From: Mayamaea pseudoterrestris
Lineage: Eukaryota
Direction of reading: 5' to 3'
DNA length: 64,000 nucleotides
NCBI GenBank assembly: GCA_027923505.1
Contig: BROI01000015.1
Coordinates: 682,001-746,000, forward strand
The translations under genes and the position numbers were made by a program. Positions within the stretch are counted from its first letter, which is position 1; each line of letters starts with the position of its first letter. Below are positions 32,601-43,186 of the stretch, in pieces. The notes beneath the pieces were generated by a model. That model saw only the letters and a program-made list of their open reading frames with translations. It made no database searches and was not told the DNA's origin.

Positions 32601-33970
32601 CCCGTTGTGATGACAACTGTCCAAGTGAAAGCCATGTAATAGTAGTATAATGGGACCCAGGTCCAAACCATGAACAGCTGATATGTGTAAAAGGGCTTCA
32701 AAAATTCCTTGGTGATGATTTTGATGAGGTTTGGTTTGTCCATCTCGATCGCATTCGGGCCGACAATTTGACGCCGCGCGTCGGCTTCCTCATTCGTCAA
32801 ACCGCCTTGGACTTTACCAGCTGTCACAATGTCGGAAAGAGTCGTTCCAATCGAGTAGACTCCTGGTTTGAAGCGACCATCGTCCGAGTCAAAGTTGTAG
32901 TGCCGAAACCCAAAGACAAAGTAGCGCGAGCCTTCCGAGTTCGTCTGAATTACGCAAAAACGATAGGTGCCATTCCTTCCCTTCTTTTGACCAAAGTCAT
33001 CGACATCAGAAAAGATCAACGACATGATGCGCCCCATGGTGAGACGGACGTTAGCAAAGAGCAATCGCAGAAATGACATGTATCCGGAGTTAAACGTTTC
33101 CTCCGACTCTGCGGCTGCCTTGTGAATGCAAACGGCCACATGCGTTGCTCGATGCAGTTCACACCGTCGAAGGAACAAGCTCTTGATTGAGTAAGGCCAT
33201 TTGAGAGCGAACGAAAAGACAAAGAAAACCATCCACAATATCTCAAAGATTTTGAGCAAGTTTTCTTCATCCTCAAACTTTCCGCCAACGACTCCCGTCA
33301 GCAGCTCCTGCTGAATGTAGTATTGCACCGAGAGCCATCCGAGCAAAGCGTGCATGCCCAAGAGAGTCAAGCAGGTCCACCCATACAACAGGGATCCGAT
33401 TAAATGACGCCGGTATCCAGTTTGCCAGCTCGTTGCTTCTTCCTTGTCGACTTGCACATTGAGCGGCTGCACCGATCCCGATACAGGAGCAATTCGTTGA
33501 TTGTAGGCGCACCACGCAACAATACAAAGTGTCAAAAGGCTGATCCAAACGTAGAGAATGACAAAGACTGGTTCGCGCATGCTATACTTGTGCAGCAGCT
33601 CCTCCTCCGTCTCGCCGCATGTGGTTTCGTTATTGTACCATGGCCCGTACGTACTGAGACATGAATCATAGTATGAATCCACCTTGTGGCACGCCACGGG
33701 CGCACAATCGTACTGGCATGGACTCTCGAGCGAGGCATCGCAAGTGCTGCTGCAGCTTCCATCCTTGCAGAGCGTTTGATTCGCAGGGCAAAGCATTTCG
33801 TCTGGGCAATCTTGAGCCTTGGCGACGCAAACTTGCTTGCAGGTGGTGAAGGCTGGACAGTTAAAGGTTGGATCGACGGCATCTCCAAAATCTGCGTTGA
33901 CAACTGAGCGAGACGCTGTCAGCAGAATCAGCATCCAGCCGATCGACGGCTTGAGCGTTGAAAGGCACAT
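29616..33970 (-). CDS. P5-type (ATP13A-like) P-type ATPase with an N-terminal signal peptide and Cys-rich domain; introns 30866-30939, 30529-30605, 30261-30336
   Basis: ESALTGEATP, P5-type PPLLP, DKTGTLT phosphorylation site, VKGSGE, MLTGD, and MCGDGGND formed across an intron. Three GT-AG introns restore the frame (FF|DGVW, WFQ|CRKW). Confidence 0.92.
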
Positions 33971-34610
33971 GCTGGACGAGTCTCTTCTCTTGCGTCTCTT
34001 ACTCTCTGACTTTGACAAATCTGTCTCTTGCTCTTCAATCGCAAATCAACCAACGACTCAAGTTGTAGCTGCGTTATAGCAGCGTGAAGATGTGAAGGAT
34101 TGGAGCGACAAGATGCGACCGTTTTGCCCTGTCAACAAGCTTCAACTTCGCAGAATGACCTGAACCAATCTACGCCCCGACGAATGTATCCGAGCTTCAA
34201 CGGAAGTTTGTTGTCTGCATGGCGAAAGTCGTTCAACGAATGGCGGCATGCAAATGCTTTCGCGGTCGTGCCAAATCGGATTGGCCATAATTAAAATGTG
34301 AATGCCAGCTGCAGCCGGATTAAGCCTCATGACTCGATTCGCACATTCGCTGTCACACTTGCCGGTACTGTCACAAAAAGCAATGCATTGCTGCTTCACT
34401 GTACCACTTTAGCTCTATGCGAGTACGCTAACTCAAGCCATATCTCAAATCTACAATATGTAAAGCTAGATCTAAATTGTCAGTGACTTTTCTTTGTGCC
34501 TAGCATTGCTAGGTAGAATGCAAGAGAACATTGGAACAAATTTCGGGGACAAAATCTTGTCGATTCTGTGAATATTGCAACCTATAATTGGAAACTTCAG
34601 GTTAATTTAA

Positions 34611-37600
34611 AAGTATCACTTGCTACTTGAGGTGCACCACTAGCAGATCCAACAAGTTGTTGGATCTGCTCAGTCCTGTGGCATACATGGTGATGGATAC
34701 TGAGGTGCAACTGACCAACTTATGGCCCATCATGACAACAAACATGATATGAAAGATATGGGAGGGCTCACCAGGCAAGGCTGGTGATCCCTGCAGCCAA
34801 AATGGGAGCAGGGCTGGCACATTCAACCAGTTGTTGAATGTGCAGAGTCTCAGGGCATAGTGATGGCTTCCACATCCCAAAGAACAAGTCTATGAGTCCC
34901 ATGCACTGTTCAAGTCCATGTTTGTTGTATTACGGGGTCTGCAGGCCATTTTGGAGGTCTCACTTGCCACTTGAGGTGCATCGCTGGCAGATCCAACAAG
35001 TTGTTGAATCTGCTCAGTCTCACCATGGTGTACATGGTGATGGATACTATGGTGCAACTGACCCACTTATGGTCCATCATGACAACAAACATGATATGAA
35101 AGATATTGGAGGGCTCAGCAGGCAATGCTGGTGATCCCTGCAGCCAAAAAGGGAGCAGGGCTGGCACATTCAACCAGTTGTTAAATGTGCGGAATCTTAG
35201 GGCATAGTGATGGCTTCCACACCCCAAAGAACAAGTCTATGAGTCCCATTCACTGTTCCAGTCCAAGTTTGTTGTATTGTGGGTCTGCAGGCCATTTTGG
35301 AAGTCTCACTTGCCACTTGAGGTGCATTGCTGGCAGATCCAACAAGTTGTTGAATCTGCTCAGTCTCACCATGGCGTACATGGTGATGGATACTATGGTG
35401 CAACTGACCCACTTATGGCCTATCATGACAACAAACATGATATGAAAGATATTGGAGGGCTCAGCAGGCAATGCTGGTGATCTCTGCAGCCAAAAAGGGA
35501 GCAGGGCTGGCACATTCACCCAGTTGTTGAATGTGCGGAGTCTCAGGGCATAGTGATGGCTTCCACACCCCAAAGAGCAAGTCAATGAGTCCCATTCACT
35601 GTTCAAGTCCATGTTTGTTGTATTGTGGGTCTGCAGGCCATTTTGGAAGTCTCACTTGCCACTTGAGGTGCATTGCTGGCAGATTTAACAAGTTGTTGAA
35701 TCTGCTCAGTCTCACCATGGCGTACATGGTGATGGATACTATGGTGCAACTGACCCACTTATGGCCCATCATGACAACAAACATGATATGAAAGATATTG
35801 GAGGGCTCAGCAGGCAATGCTGGTGATCCCTGCAGCCAAAAAGGGAGCAGGGCTGGCACATTCAACCAGTTGTTGAATGTGCGGAGTCTCAGGGCATAGT
35901 GATGGCTTCCACACCCCAAAGAACAAGTCTATGAGTCCCATTCACTGTTCCAGTCCATGTTTGTTGTATTGTGGGTCTGCAGGCCATTTTGGAAGACTCA
36001 ATTGCCACTTGAGGTGCATTGCTGGCAGATCCAACAAGTTGTTGAATCTGCTCAGTCTCACCATGGCGTACATGGTGATGGATACTATGGTGCAACTGAC
36101 CCACTTATGGCCCATCATGACAACAAACATGATATGAAAGATATTAGAGGGCTCAGCAGGCAATGCTGATGATCTCTGCAGCCAAAAAGGGGGCAGGGCT
36201 GGCACATTCAAGCAGTTGTTGAATGTGCCGAGTTTCAGGGCATAGTGATGGCTTTCACACCCCAAAGAACATGTCTATGAGTCCCATTCACTGTTCAAGT
36301 CCATGTTTGTTGTATTGTGGGGTCTGCAGGCCATTTTGGAAGTCTCACTTGCCACTTGAGGTGCATCGCTGGCAGATCCAACAAGTTGTTGAATCTGCTC
36401 AGTCTCACCATTGCACAGGTGGCAATAGATACTGAGGTGCAACTGACCCACTTATGGCCCATCATGACAACAAACATGATATGAAAGATATGGGAGGGCT
36501 CAGCAGGCAATGCTGGTGATCCCTGCAGCCAAAAAGGGAGCTGTGCTGGCACATTCAACCAGTTGTTGAATGTGCGGAGTTTCAGGGGCATAGTGATGGC
36601 TTCCACACCTAATTGGACAAGTCTTTGAGTCCCATTCACTGTTCGAGTCCATGTTTGTTGTATTTTGGGGTCTGCAGGCCATTTTGGAAGTCTCACTTGC
36701 CACTTGAGGTGCATTGCTAGCAGATCCAACAAGTTGTTGAATCTGCTCAGTCTCACCATGGCGTACATGGTGATGGATACTATGGTGCAACTGACCCACT
36801 TATGACCCATCATGACAACAAACATGTTATGAAAGATATTGGAGGGCTCAGCAGGCAATGCTGGTGATCCCTGCAGCCAAAAAGGGAGCAGGGCTGGCAC
36901 ATTCAACCAGTTGTTGAATGTGCGGAGTTTTCAGGGCATAGTGATGGCTTCCACGCCCCAATGAACAAGTCTATGAGTCCCATTCACTGTTCCAGTCTAT
37001 GTTTGTTGTATTGTGGGGTCTGCAGGCCATTTTGGAAGTCTCACTTGCCACTTGAGGTGCATCGCTGGCAGATCCAACAAGTTGTTGAATCTGCTCAGTC
37101 TCACCATTGCACAGGTGGCGATAGATACTGAGGTGCAACTGACCCACTTATGGCCCATCATGACAACAAACATGATATGAAAGATATGGGAGGGCTCAGC
37201 AGGCAATGCTGGCGATCCCTGCAGCCAAAAAGGGAGCAGGGCTGGCACATTCAACCAGTTGTTGAATGTGCGGAGTTTCAGGGGCATAGTGATGGCTTCC
37301 ACACCTAAATGGACAAGTCTATGAGTCCTGTTCACTGTTCCAGTCCATGTTTGTTGTGTTGTGGGGTCTGCAGGCCATTTTGGAAGTCTCACTTGCCACT
37401 TGAGGTGCACCACTGGCAGATCCAACAAGTTGTTGAATCTGCTCAGTCTCACCATGGTGTACATGGTGATGGATACTATGGTGCAACTGACCCACTTATG
37501 GTATATCATGACAACAAACATGTTATGAAAGATATTGGAGGGCTCAGCAGGCAATGCTGGTGATCCCTGCAGCCAAATAGGGAGCAGGGCTGGCACATTC

Positions 37601-40600
37601 AACCAGTTGTTAAATGTGCGGAGTTTCAGGGGCATAGTGATGGCTTCCACACCTAAATGGACAAGTCTTTGAGTCCCATTCACTGTTCAAGTCCATGTTT
37701 GTTGTATTGTGGGGTCTGCAGGCCATTTTGGAAGTCTCACTTGCCACTTGAGGTGCATTGCTAGCAGATCCAACAAGTTGTTGAATCTGCTCAGTCTCAC
37801 CATGGCGTACATGGTGATGGATACTATGGTGCAACTGACCCACTTATGGTATATCATGACAACAAACATGTTATGAAAGATATTGGAGGGCTCAGCAGGC
37901 AATGCTGGTGATCCCTGCAGCCAAATAGGGAGCAGGGCTGGCACATTCAACCAGTTGTTGAATGTGCGGAGTTTTCAGGGCATAGTGATGGCTTCCACAC
38001 CCCAAAGAACATGTCTATGAGGCCCATTCACTGTTCCAGTCTATGTTTGTTGTATTGTGGGGTCTGCAGGCCATTTTGGAAGTCTCACTTGCCACTTGAG
38101 GTGCATTGCTAGCAGATCCAACAAGTTGTTGAATCTGCTCAGTCTCACCATTGCACAGGTGGCGATAGATACTGAGGTGCAACTGACCCACTTATGGTAT
38201 ATCATGACAACAAACATGTTATGAAAGATATGGGAGGGCTCAGCAGGCAAGGCTGGTGATCCCTGCAGCCAAAAAGGGAGCTGTGCTGGCACATTCAACC
38301 AGTTGTTGAATGTGCGGAGTTTCAGGGCATAGGATGGCTTCCACACTTAAATGGACAAGTCTATGAGTCCCATTCACTGTTCCAGTCCATGTTTGTTGTA
38401 TTGTGGAGTCTGCAGGCCATTTTGGAAGTCTCACTTGCCACTTGAGGTGCATTGCTAGCAGATCCAACAAGTTGTTGAATCTGCTCAGTCTCACCATGGT
38501 GTACATGGTGATGGATACTATGGTGCAACTGACCCACTTGTGGCCCATCATGACATGATATGAAAGATATTGGGAGGGCTTAGCAGGCAATGCTGATGAT
38601 TCCTGCAGCCAAAAAGGGAGCAGGGCTGGCACATTCAACCAGTTGTTGAATGTGCGGAGTTTCAGGGCATAGTGATGGCTTCCTCACCTAAATGGACAAG
38701 TCTTTGAGTCCCATTCACTGTTCAAGTCCATGTTTGTTGTATTGTGGGGTCTGCAGGCCATTTTGGAAGTCTCACTTGCCACTTGAGGTGCATTGCTAGC
38801 AGATCCAACAAGTTGTTGAATCTGCTCAGTCTCACCATGGCGTACATGGTGATGGATACTATGGTGCAACTGACCCACTTATGGTATATTATGACAACAA
38901 ACATGTTATGAAAGATATTGGAGGGCTCAGCAGGCAATGCTGGTGATCCCTGCAGCCAAATAGGGAGCAGGGCTGGCACATTCAACCAGTTGTTGAATGT
39001 GCGGAGTTTCAGGGGCATAGTGATGGCTTCCATACCTAAATAAACAAGTCTTTGAGTCCCATTCACTGTTCAAGTCCATGTTTGTTGTATTGTGGGGTCT
39101 GCAGGCCATTTTGGAAGTCTCACTTGCCACTTGAGGTGCATTGCTAGCAGATCCAACAAGTTGTTGAATCTGCTCAGTCTCACCATGGTGTACATGGTGA
39201 TGGATACTATGGTGCAACTGACCCACTTATGGCCCATCATGACAACAAACATGATATGAAAGATATTGGAGGGCTCAGCAGGCAATGCTGGTGATCCCTG
39301 CAGCCAAAAAGGGAGCAGGGCTGGCACATTCAACCAGTTGTTGAATGTGCGGAGTTTTCAGGGCATAGTGATGGCTTCCACACCCCAAAGAACAAGTCTA
39401 TGAGTCCCATTCACTGTTCCAGTCCATGTCTGTTGTATTGTGGGGTCTGCAGGCCATTTTGGAAGTCTCACTTGTCACTTGTGGTGCATTGCTAGCAGAT
39501 CCAACAAGTTGTTGAATCTGCTCAGTCTCACCATTGCACAGGTGACGATAGATACTGAGGTGCAACTGACCCACTTATGGCCCATCATGACAACAAACAT
39601 GTTATGAAAGATATTGGAGGGCTCAGCAGGCAATGCTGGTGATCCCTGCAGCCAAAAAGGGAGCTGTGCTGGCACATTCAACCAGTTGTTGTTTGTGCGG
39701 AGTTTCAGGGCATAGGATGGCTTCCACACGTAAATGGACAAGTCTATGAGTCCCATTCACTGTTCCAGTCCATGTTTGCTGTATTGTGGGGTCTGCAGGC
39801 CATTTTGGAAGTCTCACTTGCCACTTGAGGTGCATTGCTAGCAGATCCAACAAGTTGTTGAATCTGCTCAGTCTCACCAGCGACAGGTGATACTGGAGTG
39901 CAACTGACCAACTTATGGCCCATCATGACAACAAACATGATTATAAAAAATTTGTGAGGGCTCAGCAGGCAATGCTGATGATCCCTGCAGCCACAAAGGG
40001 AGCAGGGCTGGCACATTCAACCAGTTGTTGAATGTGCTGAGTCTCAGGGCATAGTGATGGCTTCCACACCAAAAAAAAACAAGTCTATGAGTCCCATGCA
40101 CTGTTAAAGTCCATGTTTATTGTATTATGGGGTCTGGAGGCCATTTTGGAAGTCTCACTTGCCACTTGAGGTGCACCGCTGGCAGATCCAACAAGTTGTA
40201 GGGTTGGCTCAGTCTCACCATTGCATACATGGTGATGGATACTGAGGTGCAACTGACCATCTTATGGCCCATCATGTCAACAAACATGATATGAAAGATA
40301 TTGGGAGGGCTCAGCAGGCAATGCTGATGATCCCTGCAGCCACAAAGGGAGCAGGGCTGGCACATTCAACCAGTTGTTGAATGTGCGGAGTGTCAGGGCA
40401 TAGTGATGGCTTCCACGCCCCAATGGACAAGTCTATGAGTCCCTTTCACTGTTACAGTCCATGTGCGTTGTATTATGGGTCTGCAGGCCATTTTGGAAGT
40501 CTCACTTGCCACTTGAGGTGCACTGCTGGCAGATCCAACAAGTTGTAGGGTCTGCTCAGTCTCACCATGGCTTTCAAGGTGATGGATACTGAGGTGCAAC

Positions 40601-42425
40601 TGACCATCTTATGGCCCGTCATGACAACAAATATGATATGAAAGATATTGGAGGGCTCAGCAGGCAATGCTGATGATCCCTGTAGCCACAAAGGGAGCAG
40701 GGCTGGCACATTCAACTAGTTGTTGAATGTGCGGAGTCTCAGGGCATAGTGATGGCCACTACACCCAAAAGAACAAGTCTATGAGTCCCATTCTCTGTTA
40801 CAGTCCATATTTGTTGTATTATGGGGTTTGCAGGCCATTTTGGAAGTCTCACTTGCCACTTGAGGTGCACTGCAGGCAGATCCAACAAGTCGTAGGGTCG
40901 GCTCAGTCTCACCATGGCTTTCAAGGTGATGGATACTGAGGTGCAACTGACCAACTTATGGCCTATCATGACAACAAACATGATATGAATGATATTGGAG
41001 GGCTCAGCAGGCAATGCTGATGATCCCTGCAGCCACAAAGGGAGCATGACTGGCACATTCAACCAGTTGTTGAATGTGCGGATTCTCAGGGCATAGTGAT
41101 GGCTTCCACACCCCAATGGACAAGTCTTTGAGTCCCAATCACTGTTAAAGTTTATGTTTATTGTATTATGGGGTCTGGAGACCATTTTGGAAGTCTCACT
41201 TGCCACTTGAGGTGCACTGCTGGCAGATCCAACAAGTTGTAGGATCTGCTCAGTCTCACCATAGCATACATGGTGAAGGATACTGAGGTGCAACTGACCA
41301 TTTCATGGCCCATCATGACAAAAAACATGATATGAAAGATATTGGAGGGCTCAGCAGGCAATGCTGATGATCCCTGCAGCCACAAAGGGAGCATGGCTGG
41401 CACATTCAACCAGTTGTTGATTGTGCGGAGTCTCAGGGCATAGTGATGGCTTCCACACCTACAAGAACAAGTCTATGAGTCACATTCACTGTTACAGTCC
41501 ATGTTTGTTGTATTATGGGGTCTGCAGGCCATTTTGGAAGTCTCACTTGAGGTGCACTGCTGGCAGATCCAACAAGTTGTAGGGCTGGCTGAGTCTCACC
41601 ATGGCATACACGGTGATGGATGCTGAGGTGCAATTGACCAACTTATGGCCCATCATGACAATAAACCTATTTGAAATATATTGGTGGGCTCAGCGAGCAA
41701 TGCTGATGATCCCTGCAGCCACAAAGGGAGCAGGGCTGGCACATTCAACCAGTTGTTGAATTTGCAGAGTCTCAGGGCATAGTGATGGCTTCCACACCCA
41801 ATTGGTCAAGTCTATGAGTCCCATTCACTGTTCAAATTTATGCTTGTTGTATTATGGGGTCTGCAGGCCATTTTGGAAGTCTCACTTGCCACTTGAGGTG
41901 CACTGCTGGTAGATCCAATAAAGTATTGGATCTTCTCAGTCTCACCATGGCATACATGGTGATGGATACTGAGGGGCAACCGACCAACTATGGCCCATCA
42001 TGACAACAAACATGATATGAAAGATATTGGAGGGCTCAGCTGGCAATGCTGATGATCCCTGCAGCGAAAAGTGGAGCAGGCTGGCACATTCAACCAGTTG
42101 TTGAATGTGCGGAGTCTCAGGGCATAGTAATGGCTTCCACACCCAATTGGAAAAGTCTTTGAGTCCCATTCACTGTTCAAGTTAAGGTTTGTTGAATCAT
42201 GGGGTCTGGAGGCCATTTTTAAAGTCTCACTTGCCACTTGAGGTGCACCGCTAGCAATTGTTGTATCTGCTCAGTCTCACCGTGGCATACATGGTGAAGG
42301 ATACTGAGGTGACCAATGATTGAATTGGGGCAATCAGCCGGGTGCTGATGTGCCCTGCAGCCAAAGGAGAGGCTGGCCATTCCGCAGTGGTTGCATGTGC
42401 GGAGTCTCAGGGCATGTGATGCTTC
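34611..42425. repeat. Tandem array of ~22.5 copies of a ~346-348 bp unit, each a diverged dimer of ~169+177 bp with several palindromes
   Basis: The anchor GGGCATAGTGATGGCTTCCAC (or close variants) recurs about 23 times, from ~34853, 35200, 35546, 35892 to ~42120 and 42410. Copies become more degenerate toward 42.4 kb. Confidence 0.97.
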
Positions 42426-43186
42426 ACTAAAGGAAATCACCCGGAAACTCCGGGTGCTGACCAGTCATCGATTCACTGTCTGCAGGTTGTTGATCAGGGG
42501 TGAACAGGTGGGACAAACAAACAAACAAGCTGGCTAGACAACAGGGTTGGCAAGCAAGCAAGCAAGAGGAATGAGAGGCAGATTGGCCAGGTTGTCTGCT
42601 CATTGATGTCTCCATGATGTCGTCCCGAACCATCGATGATGTGTGTATCACTCAGAGTGTACTCATAAGGTATCTTATGAGTGTCCCCAAGGCAGTCTCC
42701 TCTAAACATCCGCCCTGAGCCGAACAATCAGCACGGGTGCTGATTGCCCTCCGTCGCCCAGCTGTTTCTTTCCGCGGTGCATGGCTGTATCCAGTGCAGC
42801 TGCCCCTCAGGAGGCAGCGATGTCCATGTGGTTGGCAAGAAATCACCCGGAAATCCGGGTCCCTGAGCAACCACGTCATCGATGATGACTGGCAGCGAGT
42901 CCTGTCTTGACAGGAGTCGCCTCAACCCACACGACAACAGCTAGCTGGATGGACGTCCCGCCACACAACAACAAAGGCCGTGTGGTGAGAACCACGAAAA
43001 GAAACAAGGAAGAAAGAAAGAAGAACGAGAAGAGAAGGAAACCCAGTGGCTGAGATCCTCCCGCTCCCCACGTGATGGGGGAGTAGCTAAAGGCGAGGAG
43101 CGCACAAACCCGTCGCGCACACGTGCGCGCGAAAGATCCGGATGCAAATCTTTAGCTATGACCCGTAATTCTATAACTGAAATGTC

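Noticed and set aside
202..34000. Numerous antisense and overlapping short ORFs in the ORF track
   Set aside because: They are shadows of well-supported genes on another strand or frame and carry no independent motifs.
39970..42080. Hammerhead ribozyme suggested by CTGATGA in the right-hand array copies
   Set aside because: No stem II closing onto GAAA; most copies read CTGGTGA, and the one CGAAA copy (~42066) does not pair.
34611..42425. CRISPR array interpretation of the regularly spaced 27-bp palindromes
   Set aside because: The intervening ~145-bp segments are themselves repeated rather than unique spacers, there are no cas genes, and the host is eukaryotic.
34623..42440. Many similar ORFs (NVPALLPFWLQGSPALPAEP...) in the array
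   Set aside because: They are by-products of a repeat whose unit length is usually not a multiple of 3; frames break from copy to copy.
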